Source: an uncultured Clostridium sp. (GTDB lineage Bacteria > Cyanobacteriota > Vampirovibrionia > Gastranaerophilales > Gastranaerophilaceae). From it: a stretch of DNA of 64,000 nucleotides. Positions 47,264 to 57,766 of the stretch are shown piece after piece. Both the position numbers and the translations under genes were made by a program. How positions within the stretch are numbered: the first letter of the stretch is position 1; the number at the start of each line of letters is the position of its first letter. Location: NCBI GenBank assembly GCA_902472585.1, contig CABROM010000001.1:221864-285863 (forward strand), given 5' to 3'. The notes beneath the pieces are model-generated. The model saw only the letters and a list, made by a program, of their open reading frames with translations, did not search any database and had not been told where the DNA came from.

Positions 47264-48484
47264 TTAGATATTACTAAAAGAATAAATTATTGTTCTATCA
47301 TACTTTTCACCTTTTTTCAAAATTGGCTTTTCATCAAACGTATTAATAGAATCAGGGAAGAATTGAGGTTCTACGCACAAAGCAGAATGTTTTTCGTATC
47401 TTTTCCCGTCTTTGCCTAAAGGTTGAGAATCTTTTCCTAAATTATTTGCTGTATAAAACTGAAAACCAGGTAAATTTGTTGATACATTCATATTTATTCC
47501 TGATTTTTCAGATTTTACTCTTGCAACTTCTATTAAAGATTTCCCGTCATAATTATCGACTACAAAATTATGATCATATCCGTTTTTATTCATTTCTGAT
47601 AATTTTTTAGGATTTCTGAAATCAAAATCTGTACCTTCAACAAATTTTATTTCTCCTGTCGGAATTGCGATTTCATTTACAGGAGTGTATTTAGAAGAAT
47701 TTGGCAATTGAACTATATGTTCCATTACGGAATTTTCATAAGCATTTTCAGCACCATCAAGATTAAAATAAGAATGATTTGTCAAATTTAAAATAGTATC
47801 ACTATCCGATTGAGCCTCATATTTTACTGACAATTTATTATTATTGTCAAATTTATATGTTACAGACATTTTGACATTAGCAGGATACCCGCCTTCCATA
47901 TCTTTCTTTGTGTATGTAAATTTAACACCGTCTTTCAAAACTTCAGGCTTCCAATTTTTAACATCAAGCCCTTCTTTCCCGCCATGAGAATGAGTTTGTC
48001 CGTTATCTTTGTTACAATCAAGCTTATATTCTTTTTCTCCAAGCTTAAATGTACCTTTATCAATTTTATTTGCACAAGGTCCTATTGTGCCTCCTGCATG
48101 TCCTACTGGTGATTTTTCATAAGGAGTAACAGAATCGTATCCTTGAGTAACGTCTATTAATTTTCCATTTTTATCAGGGACTTTTATTGATGTTATTGTT
48201 GCGCCAAAAGATGACAAGCTAACACTTGCGCCATTTTTATTTGTAATAGTAAACAATTGAGCTTGAGCGCCTGTTTTTTCAATCCTGCCAAAAGATTTTT
48301 TCTCAATTTTTATTCCATCATACAAAGCATTGTCATTCACAGATTGAGTTTGAACAGTTTTTGTAAAAGTATCCTGTATCGGTTGATAAGCTAAGAAATT
48401 AGAATTAACAATATTTTGCAATACAGGTCTGTTATTATTAACGAATAAAATATTTGGATTAAAATCAATCGGCATATTTAGCAC
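47264..48484 (-). CDS. Aldose 1-epimerase (galactose mutarotase) family protein with N-terminal extension
   Basis: ...ATITSIKVPDKNG...HAGG...NLTNHSYFNLDG... mutarotase-domain motifs. 406 aa. Confidence 0.7.
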   Translation of the reverse strand: MLNMPIDFNPNILFVNNNRPVLQNIVNSNFLAYQPIQDTFTKTVQTQSVNDNALYDGIKIEKKSFGRIEKTGAQAQLFTITNKNGASVSLSSFGATITSIKVPDKNGKLIDVTQGYDSVTPYEKSPVGHAGGTIGPCANKIDKGTFKLGEKEYKLDCNKDNGQTHSHGGKEGLDVKNWKPEVLKDGVKFTYTKKDMEGGYPANVKMSVTYKFDNNNKLSVKYEAQSDSDTILNLTNHSYFNLDGAENAYENSVMEHIVQLPNSSKYTPVNEIAIPTGEIKFVEGTDFDFRNPKKLSEMNKNGYDHNFVVDNYDGKSLIEVARVKSEKSGINMNVSTNLPGFQFYTANNLGKDSQPLGKDGKRYEKHSALCVEPQFFPDSINTFDEKPILKKGEKYDRTIIYSFSNI

Positions 48485-48641
48485 TCCTTGTTACGAGAAA
48501 ATAATAACACAAATTTTAAAACAAAAGGAAAATAAAAATTGCCATAATTTATTAAAAGTAACATAACTTTATTAAATATTGCCGTCAAAAGCTTTTACAT
48601 GTAAGATATTAATGGAATATTTATACATAGGAGAGTAGAAT

Positions 48642-49787
48642 ATGAAAAACTTAATTAAACTGGCGTTATCTGCACTGGTCACATTAGTTATCACAATACC
48701 TGCTTTTGCTTATCCTGATGTTACACCTGAGCATTGGGCAGCAAAACAAATTGAAATTTTAACAGAAAAAGGTGTCATTGTAGGTTATCCTGACGGGACA
48801 TTCAAGCCTGATGACAATGTTTCAAGAGCAGAATTTGCATCAATGGCAATTAAAGCTTTGGGACAAGAGCATACAACAGTTGCTCAACCTGTAAAATTTA
48901 ATGATATTCAACCGGGATTTTGGGCTTATGATGCAATACAAAAAGCATTATATTTTGATTTAATTGCCTGCCCTCCACAAGGCGAACCTTTCAGACCTGA
49001 CGATACCGTAACTCGTGCCGAATCAATTTCTGTTGCTGTTAATGCTTTAACAACAGAAGCAATTAGCGATATGAAAGCAAAAGAAGTTCTTTCAAAAAAA
49101 TTCGCAGATGTAAATGAAGTTCCTGAATGGTTTGTAATTCCTGCCGGTAAAGCAGAAATTTTAAACATGCTTGTTACAATACCTTCTACAAATAAAGCTA
49201 AAGTAGAAGCTAACAGACCTGCAACAAGAGCAGAAGTTGCAGCTATTCTATATGAAATGATGGAACAGGCAAAACTTAATCCAAACGCAAAACTTGCAGA
49301 AGCTATGAGAAAAAAGACAGGTAACGGTTACGTTGTAGAAAGCGCATTTGTACAAGGAAGCGTTGGAACAATTCCTGCAGGCGCAATAGTTCCTGTAAAA
49401 TTAACAAAATACATAAGTTCTCAAACATCTCAACCGGGAGATATATATTCTGCTACGGCACCTGAAAATTACATAACTAAAGATAAATACATTCTTGTAT
49501 ATAAAGATTCTTCTCTAAAAGGACAACTTTTAGATGTAAGAAAAGGCAAATGGTTTGTAAGAAACGGCGTCTTAGTTTTAGATAATTCATTATTAACTAC
49601 AAACAATGACCAAACAGTTTCATTTAACGGTGTTGGCGAAATTTCAAAACACAGAAACTGGTTTATGAAAATAGTAAGAGCAACTCTAAAAGGCGAAAAG
49701 CTTAACGTTGAACCTGAAGGTGTTGTATATATAAAACTTTTAAAACCAATAAAAGTTGATTTAACAAACGGTTGGATTTTAGAATAA
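48642..49787 (+). CDS. S-layer homology (SLH) domain protein with signal peptide
   Basis: Three SLH repeats: YPDVTPEHWAAKQIEILTEKGVIVGYPDGTFKPDDNVSRAEFASMAIKAL, FNDIQPGFWAYDAIQKA...RPDDTVTRAESISVAV, FADVNEVPEWFVIPAGKAEILNMLV...RPATRAEVAAILYEMM. Confidence 0.85.
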   Translation: MKNLIKLALSALVTLVITIPAFAYPDVTPEHWAAKQIEILTEKGVIVGYPDGTFKPDDNVSRAEFASMAIKALGQEHTTVAQPVKFNDIQPGFWAYDAIQKALYFDLIACPPQGEPFRPDDTVTRAESISVAVNALTTEAISDMKAKEVLSKKFADVNEVPEWFVIPAGKAEILNMLVTIPSTNKAKVEANRPATRAEVAAILYEMMEQAKLNPNAKLAEAMRKKTGNGYVVESAFVQGSVGTIPAGAIVPVKLTKYISSQTSQPGDIYSATAPENYITKDKYILVYKDSSLKGQLLDVRKGKWFVRNGVLVLDNSLLTTNNDQTVSFNGVGEISKHRNWFMKIVRATLKGEKLNVEPEGVVYIKLLKPIKVDLTNGWILE

Positions 49788-49811
49788 ATAAAATATATAA
49801 CAAATAATAAA

Positions 49812-49850
49812 AACAGCTTCTAAAAACATAGAGGCTGTTTTTTTATACAA
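49812..49850 (+). terminator. Terminator after the SLH protein gene
   Basis: acagcttctaaaaacatagaggctgtttttttatac (imperfect stem plus T-run). Confidence 0.6.
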
Positions 49851-49956
49851 AAATAAAAAAAGAACACCCGCACCAAGGAGTTAAGATACGGGTATTAAAT
49901 CAGTAAAAGAGACATCAACAACAGTATGAAACATTTAAAAATAAAGTCAAATTTTT

Positions 49957-50616
49957 GTGGAAAAATTTTTCGATTTATTTTATAATCCTCTTATGAGAAG
50001 ATTTTGCTTAATTTTAACTTTAATAATTTTGAGTGCGAATTGTACATTTGCACTTCCGTTTAATTTAAAAAAAGAAGAAAATAAATTTGTACAATCAGAC
50101 CAATATAAAACCGTGACAGAGCAGGCAAATGTTTATTATGCACAGAATGACATAAAAAACGCCTTCAATATACTCTTGACAATACCTGATGAAGAACGTT
50201 CCGCTCAAAACTGGCTTTTGCTTGGAAATATTTTGCAAGACCAAGGCAAAATTGATGAAGCGGTTTTTATGTACAACAAAGCAATTGAAGTAGATAGCAA
50301 ATATTACAAAGCATATTATAACTTAGGGAACGTTTACTTGAATGACGGACGCCCTAATATGGCAATAGAGCAATATAAAAAGGTTATTGATCTCAATCCT
50401 GAATATGCTTATGCGCATTACAACTTAGCTTGTGCGTATATCAAACTCGGAAAATACAGTAAAGCAAAATACGAGCTATATACTGCAATTGATTTAAAAA
50501 ATACAGTACCTGAGTTTCACTACAATTTAGCGTATGTTTTTAAGCAACTAAAAAAAGAAAAAGATGCAAAAACATATCTTGAATACTATAACAAATTAAT
50601 ACAAGATCAGATATAA
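49957..50616 (+). CDS. TPR-repeat protein with signal peptide
   Basis: Repeated A..Y..LG..Y...G....A...Y..A TPR units (AYYNLGNVYLNDGRPNMAIEQYKKVIDLNP...). Confidence 0.75.
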   Translation: MEKFFDLFYNPLMRRFCLILTLIILSANCTFALPFNLKKEENKFVQSDQYKTVTEQANVYYAQNDIKNAFNILLTIPDEERSAQNWLLLGNILQDQGKIDEAVFMYNKAIEVDSKYYKAYYNLGNVYLNDGRPNMAIEQYKKVIDLNPEYAYAHYNLACAYIKLGKYSKAKYELYTAIDLKNTVPEFHYNLAYVFKQLKKEKDAKTYLEYYNKLIQDQI

Positions 50617-50625
50617 AGAGGCAAT

Positions 50626-51312
50626 ATGTATAAAGGAATAATTTTTGATTTTAACGGAACATTATTTTGGGATTCGGAAAAGCACCAAGAAGCTTGGAGA
50701 GAATTTTCAAAACGCTTAAGAGATCATGCTTTTACAGATGAAGAGATGCGTGAATATATGTTTGGAAGAACAAATGAAGATATTATCGCATATCTTATCG
50801 GGAAAAAGCCGTCTGTAGAGTTAGTAGAAAAGTTCGCTCAAGAAAAAGAAGCCGTATATAGAGATATGTGCAGAAAGGACAAAGAACATACAGTTCTTGC
50901 TCCCGGTGCAATTGATTTTTTAAATTATCTTGTTGAAAACAATATTCCGCATACAATAGCAACAATGTCAGAAAAAGACAATGTTGAATTTTATATCGAA
51001 GAATTTAAACTTGCAAAATGGTTTGATATAGAAAAAATTGTTTACGCAGACGGAACAATTCCAGGAAAACCTGCACCTGATATATACATAAAAGCAGCAA
51101 AAAAATTAAATCTAAATCCTCAAGATTGTATTGTTGTAGAAGATGCAATCTCAGGAATAGAATCAGCAAAAAATGCAGGAATCGGAAAAATTATAGCAAT
51201 TGCATCAATGGAGAGCGTAGCTTTGTATAAAAATATTCCTGCCGTTTCTCAAATTATCAAAAACTTTGACGAAATCGACAGAAATATTTTACAAATTCCA
51301 AGTTTAAAATAA
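50626..51312 (+). CDS. HAD-superfamily hydrolase (subfamily IA, beta-phosphoglucomutase-like)
   Basis: Motif I IIFDFNGTL, motif IV VVEDAISGIESAKNAG. Confidence 0.8.
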   Translation: MYKGIIFDFNGTLFWDSEKHQEAWREFSKRLRDHAFTDEEMREYMFGRTNEDIIAYLIGKKPSVELVEKFAQEKEAVYRDMCRKDKEHTVLAPGAIDFLNYLVENNIPHTIATMSEKDNVEFYIEEFKLAKWFDIEKIVYADGTIPGKPAPDIYIKAAKKLNLNPQDCIVVEDAISGIESAKNAGIGKIIAIASMESVALYKNIPAVSQIIKNFDEIDRNILQIPSLK

Positions 51313-51322
51313 ATTTATTATT

Positions 51323-54300
51323 TTATTTGAACACATCTTTCAAGTTCTTCAAGTTTTTCAAGCCTTCAACAGCATTTTTCATCTGCTGTTGAGCTTCTTG
51401 AGCTTGTTCTTTTTGAACCTGTTTTTTAGCGTTATAAGCATCTACTTTTTGCTGAACAGCTTCTTGTACAGCCTTTTTAGTTTCTTGAACCTGTTCTTTT
51501 ACAGTAGTTTTTTCTATCGCAGATGTATCACAGGTCGAGAGCCACTTGAAAGATTTTACTGAACTTTTACTTTCAACTCCTCCGTTAAAAGTTACTTTAA
51601 AATCTTTATAATTAGTATTTCCTGATGAAAGTTTTGGAATTGATGAGATTTTTTCCTTCTTAGGATCTGATGTTAAAGCGTTTATAAGGTTTCCTGTTAA
51701 TGTTCCGAATTTAGGAATATAAGATGTCAATTTTGTAACCGACAAATCACCTAAAGGCCCCAAAACAGATACAACTTCGGCAGAAATTCTACCAAGCACT
51801 GTAACATTAGCCGTCGCATTTAGAAGATTATAACGACCGGTAATATAATATGCCATAGAAGGACCTGTTGTCGTTATCGGATTTAGGTATGCCCAACCGT
51901 TATTAAATGACATATTACCTTTTATTGTCTTAAATTCTGCCGTACTTTTTATCGCTGGTAAAGAAGAAACTGAATTTACTGCAGCTTTTATAATACTGTT
52001 TGACTGCAAGTTTTGTGCAAGCAACATATTTTCAAATCTTCCGATATTTCCTAAAGATCCGTCATTTATATCAAAAGATGCATTACCTTTTAAATATTTC
52101 ATCATTTCAACATCGGTTGCACCATGCGTTGTAATATTTGTATTAAAATTCAATGTTCCAGAAAGAGCATTTTTCAAACCTGCTGCACCTGCAATTGCAG
52201 TTTGTGCATCCATACTTGCACCTTTTAGAGAAACTCCGATATTACCGTTTGCAATATTATAAGATATGTTTCCGTCAATTGTACCTTTGAAAGCATCACC
52301 TTTTAAATTTTTAAGATAAAATACATTATTTGTTAAATTAAAATCAGATGCCAAATTTTCGGCAACAATACCACCTGACACAAATTTTTTAAGAGTTCCG
52401 CTACCTTTTAAAATCGGACCGTTTAATTTAACCTCCATATTTTCCATTGTCAAAAGCATATCAGGAATTTTAATCGAAGGAATAGATAAATTTCCTTTCA
52501 AATAAGGTGATAAAGCTGTTCCTGTAACATCAATATTCCCTGTTGCCGTAAGTTTTGAATTTTTCAACCCTGGAATTGCAAAAGAAATTTTATTTGGAGT
52601 ATTCAAATTCAAATTTAATTTTTGAGTTTTATATAAATCATTTACGTTTCCATTCAGATATAAAATTCCAGTATTATTAGCAAAAACCCCTGCATCAGAG
52701 AAAGATAATTTATCATTATCAATCAAAACATGACCTTTTATAACAGTATTTTTGCCTTTTAATTCATCTACATTCAAAATAGAAAGATAAGCAGACGGAT
52801 TTGACGACAAAGAAAATGTGATATTTTGTTTTTTATCATTACCACTAACTGAAACGGAAAGCGGTAAAGCACCTTTTGCTCCTACCTCGTTTCTAAAATC
52901 AGCAGGAATCATTGATTTTAAATCTGATGCAAGTAAATTTCCTTTAGCATTTAAATTTATACTCAAATCTTTAGACATATAATCATTTACTTGACCTGTA
53001 ATATCAATTCTTGAATTATCAAGCATTATATATGCGCTTTGAATATTGATATCTTTTTCGCCTAACTTTATTTTTGCAGACGGAGCAGAAATATTAACCA
53101 TCGGATTAAGAACTTTCACATTTGAAATATCAATCAAACCTGATGTTTTTTTACCGTCAGTTTCAATATTAATAACAGATTTTGGAGCTTTAACCGTTGT
53201 ATTTGAAGGTATATTTTTAACATCTACATTATCAACACTTACATTTATTTTCGGCAATATTTTATCCAGTCTGCCTTTCAAAATAACGTTTGCACTAACT
53301 GTACCGTTATTAATTTTATTTTCCTTCAACAAAGCCATTTGTCCTGCTGTTAAAAGAAGGCTCTTTAATTGCAATTTATCAGCATTTATTGCTAAATCTG
53401 CAGTAGCGTCATGAGAAACCGTACCTTTTATTGTTAACGGGTGGTTTAATACAGTTAATCCTGCTTTTTTAATATTTATGATGTTATTTGAAAAATCAAC
53501 ATCTGCATTAATTTTATTAATCACAATATTATATAACTTATATGAAATTGAAGCATCAGGAATTTTTAAATACCCTGAAGAATCAACCTTTTTCAAATCG
53601 GATTTTAAACTAAAATCAGCATCAATTCCGCCAGTTGCACTAAGTGTATCTAAATCATTGTAATCAAAAGATTTTGCAACACTATCAATCATATCAATTA
53701 TGCTTTTGAATTTTGCATTAGATTTACAATTTAATTCAATTTTAGGCTTTTTACCTGTTTTAAAATTCCCGATAACTTCAGTAATCTCTTTATCAGCAGT
53801 ATATAATTTTGAATACATATTGATATGATTACCTTTTAATTTTAAATCAATATTACTTTGCGGAAGTTTCTTGCCATCAACAGCAACACCTAAATTTGTA
53901 ACATTTGCAGAACCGTCAAAATGCATATCCTCAAATGTTCCGCTTGTTTTTACATCAGCAACCATATCAGCAGTTAAATAGTTATTGTGAATAGCTTTGA
54001 AAATATCAATAACATTTACGAAAGTTCCTTCAGGCTTTTCTTGATTTTCTTCTGGAGGAGTACTCAACAAATCATTCAAATCAACATCAGGCATAACTCT
54101 GTTTAAAAGTTTTATATCATAGTTAAACTGCACTCTATCCTGAAGCATAAATTTACCATCAGCAACAAGTTTGAATTTCTTATTTATAATAAAATCGCTT
54201 AAAGAAACATTATTCCCGTATATTGAATAAGTTTTGTCAGTCGGAATATCAATAAAAGAAATATTGTAATTATTAATAATAATATTAGGCAAATGGTTAG

Positions 54301-54787
54301 ATAGTTTTAACCCAAACGGAAGTGCGAAAGGTTGTTGATTTGCCTGAGTATCATCACTCTTTAAATTTTCAGATGATTTTAAATAATCCTCTAACAAAAA
54401 TTTTCCGTCTTTTTTAACCTTTAAATTCAAATTGATATTATCAGCACCGACCATATCAATTTCTATCCTACGAATTAAAATAGGGAAAATAGACAATTTT
54501 CCTTGAACATTATCAGCAGTAAAGAATGTATCTCCGTTTGGCAAGCTAACTTCCAAATGTCCAACACCTGCGCCAACTGTTAACTTTGGAGTCGTTAATA
54601 CTTTTATATTTTCAAGTTTTAATTTTAATCCGCAGCTATCTTCAACTAATTTTGAGATTGTTCCGCTGTACGAATTTGCAATCCCTGTCAAGAAAAACGG
54701 GACAACTAAAAACAAAATATATAAACTAACTAAAATTACAGAAACACTAATACCTGTATATTTCAAAAATTTATTCATATAACACAC
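51323..54787 (-). CDS. AsmA/TamB-like outer-membrane biogenesis protein (N-terminal anchor, long beta-rich body, C-terminal coiled coil)
   Basis: 1154 aa. N-terminal TM then KLKLENIKVLTTPKLTVGAGVGHLEVSLPNGDTFFTADNVQGKLSIFPILIRRIEIDMVGADNINLNL, typical of the AsmA N-terminal domain. Repetitive beta-strand-like body. Confidence 0.55.
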   Translation of the reverse strand: MCYMNKFLKYTGISVSVILVSLYILFLVVPFFLTGIANSYSGTISKLVEDSCGLKLKLENIKVLTTPKLTVGAGVGHLEVSLPNGDTFFTADNVQGKLSIFPILIRRIEIDMVGADNINLNLKVKKDGKFLLEDYLKSSENLKSDDTQANQQPFALPFGLKLSNHLPNIIINNYNISFIDIPTDKTYSIYGNNVSLSDFIINKKFKLVADGKFMLQDRVQFNYDIKLLNRVMPDVDLNDLLSTPPEENQEKPEGTFVNVIDIFKAIHNNYLTADMVADVKTSGTFEDMHFDGSANVTNLGVAVDGKKLPQSNIDLKLKGNHINMYSKLYTADKEITEVIGNFKTGKKPKIELNCKSNAKFKSIIDMIDSVAKSFDYNDLDTLSATGGIDADFSLKSDLKKVDSSGYLKIPDASISYKLYNIVINKINADVDFSNNIINIKKAGLTVLNHPLTIKGTVSHDATADLAINADKLQLKSLLLTAGQMALLKENKINNGTVSANVILKGRLDKILPKINVSVDNVDVKNIPSNTTVKAPKSVINIETDGKKTSGLIDISNVKVLNPMVNISAPSAKIKLGEKDINIQSAYIMLDNSRIDITGQVNDYMSKDLSINLNAKGNLLASDLKSMIPADFRNEVGAKGALPLSVSVSGNDKKQNITFSLSSNPSAYLSILNVDELKGKNTVIKGHVLIDNDKLSFSDAGVFANNTGILYLNGNVNDLYKTQKLNLNLNTPNKISFAIPGLKNSKLTATGNIDVTGTALSPYLKGNLSIPSIKIPDMLLTMENMEVKLNGPILKGSGTLKKFVSGGIVAENLASDFNLTNNVFYLKNLKGDAFKGTIDGNISYNIANGNIGVSLKGASMDAQTAIAGAAGLKNALSGTLNFNTNITTHGATDVEMMKYLKGNASFDINDGSLGNIGRFENMLLAQNLQSNSIIKAAVNSVSSLPAIKSTAEFKTIKGNMSFNNGWAYLNPITTTGPSMAYYITGRYNLLNATANVTVLGRISAEVVSVLGPLGDLSVTKLTSYIPKFGTLTGNLINALTSDPKKEKISSIPKLSSGNTNYKDFKVTFNGGVESKSSVKSFKWLSTCDTSAIEKTTVKEQVQETKKAVQEAVQQKVDAYNAKKQVQKEQAQEAQQQMKNAVEGLKNLKNLKDVFK

Positions 54788-54820
54788 CCCTTATTTGTCA
54801 GTAATTATATCATAACAAAA

Positions 54821-55693
54821 TTATTTTTTCTTCTTTTCAGGATAACAATTCCACTTTATATTTTCATTTTTCCGAAACCAAGTAAGCTGACGTTTTGCAT
54901 AATTTCTGGTATTTTGTTTTAATAACTCTTTTGCTCTTTCAAGAGAAATATCGCCGTCTAAATAAGCTATAATTTCTCTATAACCAATCGTATCAACGAT
55001 ATTTGGAATTCTACCATATTTACTTAAAAGATTTTTTGTTTCTTCAATAAGACCTTCTTCAATCATTAAATCGACACGCTTATTTATTCTTTCGTACAAT
55101 TCTTCTCTCGGGAAATTTAATCCAATCCATTCAATATCAAATTCATCTTCATCTTTTTTCCCTCGAGCTTTCGATAAAGGCAAACCCGTTAATTTTACAA
55201 CTTCTATATATCTGATTAATTTCTTTTTATCATTCCGCTCAACAGACTCAGCGGATTCCTTATCCAGCTTGTATAAAATATCATATAATTCATCAAAACT
55301 TAATTTTGCTAATTCATCCCTCAATTTATAATCTGGTTCAATATTAGGTAAATCATAATTTTCGAGCAAAACTCTTATATATAAACCTGTTCCACCAGCA
55401 ACTATCGGAGTTTTGCCACGAGAAAGAATATCTTTAATACATTCCTTTGCCTGCTTTGCATAAAGTCCTGCAGAATAATTGAAATCAGGCTCCACAATAT
55501 CAATCATATAATGCGGAATACCTTTTCTTTCGTCAATACCAGGTTTTGCAGTTCCGATATCCAATCCCTTATACACATATCTTGAATCTGCAGAAATAAT
55601 TTCTCCATCAATTTTTTGTGCAAGTTCAACTGCATAAGCGGTCTTTCCGCTTGCAGTAGCCCCAACAATTGCAATAACCTTATTATTTTTCAT
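54821..55693 (-). CDS. miaA: tRNA dimethylallyltransferase
   Basis: IAIVGATASGKTAYAVELAQKIDGEIISADSRYVYKGLDIGTAKP. Confidence 0.92.
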   Translation of the reverse strand: MKNNKVIAIVGATASGKTAYAVELAQKIDGEIISADSRYVYKGLDIGTAKPGIDERKGIPHYMIDIVEPDFNYSAGLYAKQAKECIKDILSRGKTPIVAGGTGLYIRVLLENYDLPNIEPDYKLRDELAKLSFDELYDILYKLDKESAESVERNDKKKLIRYIEVVKLTGLPLSKARGKKDEDEFDIEWIGLNFPREELYERINKRVDLMIEEGLIEETKNLLSKYGRIPNIVDTIGYREIIAYLDGDISLERAKELLKQNTRNYAKRQLTWFRKNENIKWNCYPEKKKK

Positions 55694-56549
55694 CTTCTGA
55701 AGAATCCGTAATTACATATTTTCTATCAAAATATAAAAATATTAATACAACAAAATAAACAGAAAAATAGAATAACACAATACTCATAAGTATATATGCA
55801 AAAGGATTAATAACTGCAAATGTGTTTATAAACAACAGAATAAATCCTGTAAACCACAGAATTAAAAATAATCTTACAGTAGTAAAAAAATCCTTAAACA
55901 ATTTTACAAGCGATCTCCATAGTGCAACAAAAGGATTTGTTGTAAAATAAATAATTTCAGGAATCCACAGCATTAAAAGATACATTATAACAGATGTAAT
56001 CGCAGTAAATAAAAGACTCCATTTACCAAAAAATACGATTTGATCTATTGATAACGCATCTATAAAAGATGCCATTCCATCACCAGATGAGAGTGTACTA
56101 TCCATTGTCAATTTTTGCAAATGCTGCATTGATTCAGGATCCAAACCACCTATTATATTTACTCCGAGAATATAAACCAAAGGTGTTGCAATAGTTTGAA
56201 TAAGAAGAAAAATAAAATACACTCCGACAAATGATAAAAAATACTTGCCAACCCCTTCAGGGAAAACTTTAAATAAATTTAAAGCAGCCTTTGCTCTGTC
56301 ATTATCAAGCACAAACACTTTTTTAGAAAGCGTAATAGCACCCTTTATCATTAAAAACCAGCCGGAGCAAAATACCCCGAACATAAACAATACGGTTATT
56401 GAGGCGATTAAAAATTTTAAAGTAGAATCAACATTATACCTTGAATACAAAGAATATAAATCAAGCAATTTTACAAATATAATTAATGGAATAGTCAAAA
56501 TTATATTATAATTTGTAATTTTTATAGCATCTTTAAATAATTCACGCAT
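55683..56549 (-). CDS. Hypothetical polytopic membrane protein
   Basis: 288 aa, ~6-7 hydrophobic helices. No family recognised. Confidence 0.45.
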   Translation of the reverse strand: MRELFKDAIKITNYNIILTIPLIIFVKLLDLYSLYSRYNVDSTLKFLIASITVLFMFGVFCSGWFLMIKGAITLSKKVFVLDNDRAKAALNLFKVFPEGVGKYFLSFVGVYFIFLLIQTIATPLVYILGVNIIGGLDPESMQHLQKLTMDSTLSSGDGMASFIDALSIDQIVFFGKWSLLFTAITSVIMYLLMLWIPEIIYFTTNPFVALWRSLVKLFKDFFTTVRLFLILWFTGFILLFINTFAVINPFAYILMSIVLFYFSVYFVVLIFLYFDRKYVITDSSEDEK

Positions 56550-56592
56550 AATTATATAATCACCTTTAATTTCAAAAAATATAATAACCGAT

Positions 56593-57741
56593 TTACTTAA
56601 TAAGTTCAGCCGGTTTTTCTTGTCCTTTAGCCTTTGAAAGCTTACGTTTACGACGTCTCATCAAGTCAACAAAAGCTTCTAATCTTGTCAAATAACCTGC
56701 TTTACCTGTCTGTTCATCCATAATTAAAGGTAATATCGGGATTTCACAATTTTCTCTCATAGCAGGGAAAATATTTTGTGACATAATCTCAGGCATACAA
56801 GTAAACGGACTTATATGGATAATACCGTCAATACCTCGTTCATCAGCATAAGCAACATCAGATACACATTCTAATGAATCACCACCGATATCACGCATCA
56901 AATAAGGTTTTGCAAGTCTGTTTGCTCTTTGAAGGTGAGTTTCACCTTTTCTGAATATTTTTGGAATAATTGCATCTTTCAAGAAGCTGCTTATTGTCAA
57001 GCTGCGTCTTGTCTGAACACCCATTTTACCCAATTCTCTTGCAATATTTTGATTTGAGAACTGGTCACAAACAAGATATATTTCACCTGTCAAATCAACA
57101 TTCAAAACTTCTTTGTTTTTATCAATTGCAGTTTTTTCCATTTCAGCAAAAGCAAGTTTTTTAGCTTTACTCAAGCTTCTTGTATTATCAGCATCTTTAA
57201 TATATTGCAAAGCTTTATTATAATTTTTTTCTGCATCACCGAAATTAATTTCACGTGCTCTGTAATAAGACAATAAATTTTCCAAATCATCAAGCACAAA
57301 CATCTTTCTGATTGCAATATTAATAGCTCTTATAAAAAGAATAGGATCATTCTTACCGCTGATTTTTTGAAGGAAATCATACATTCCCTTTAATCCGTCA
57401 TACAAAGTCAATTCAATATATTTTGTCTTATAACCGAGATCTGTTAAAGCATTATGAATACAATTGCCATATTCTCCAAGTCTGCAACATCCAGGAGATG
57501 AAATCATTGCAACATAATCAGTTCCGCCCTCTATTGCTTCAATAAAATTACCTAAAATCAATTTATAAGGCAAACAAATTGCCTCAGGGGAATGTTTTGT
57601 TCCAAGAGATAAAGTCTTTTTACTTGTATAAGGTGGAACAAATGGTTCTACACCAATTTTTTTCAATGCAGCTGACCATGCTATATATACTGTTCCCATA
57701 TGGGGAAATGCAACTTTTAATTTTTTCTTATCTTTTGTCAT
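56593..57741 (-). CDS. DUF2229-family protein (acyl-CoA dehydratase activase-related)
   Basis: LKVAFPHMGTVYIAWSAALKKIGVEPFVPPYTSKKTLSLGTKHSPEAICLPYKL fits the DUF2229 N-terminal pattern (IGIPR.L..Y..YP.W..FF..LG.EV..S..T.K......E.C.P.K). Several conserved Cys. Confidence 0.5.
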   Translation of the reverse strand: MTKDKKKLKVAFPHMGTVYIAWSAALKKIGVEPFVPPYTSKKTLSLGTKHSPEAICLPYKLILGNFIEAIEGGTDYVAMISSPGCCRLGEYGNCIHNALTDLGYKTKYIELTLYDGLKGMYDFLQKISGKNDPILFIRAINIAIRKMFVLDDLENLLSYYRAREINFGDAEKNYNKALQYIKDADNTRSLSKAKKLAFAEMEKTAIDKNKEVLNVDLTGEIYLVCDQFSNQNIARELGKMGVQTRRSLTISSFLKDAIIPKIFRKGETHLQRANRLAKPYLMRDIGGDSLECVSDVAYADERGIDGIIHISPFTCMPEIMSQNIFPAMRENCEIPILPLIMDEQTGKAGYLTRLEAFVDLMRRRKRKLSKAKGQEKPAELIK

Positions 57742-57766
57742 TTTATCTGTTTCTCGTTTTCTTTAA

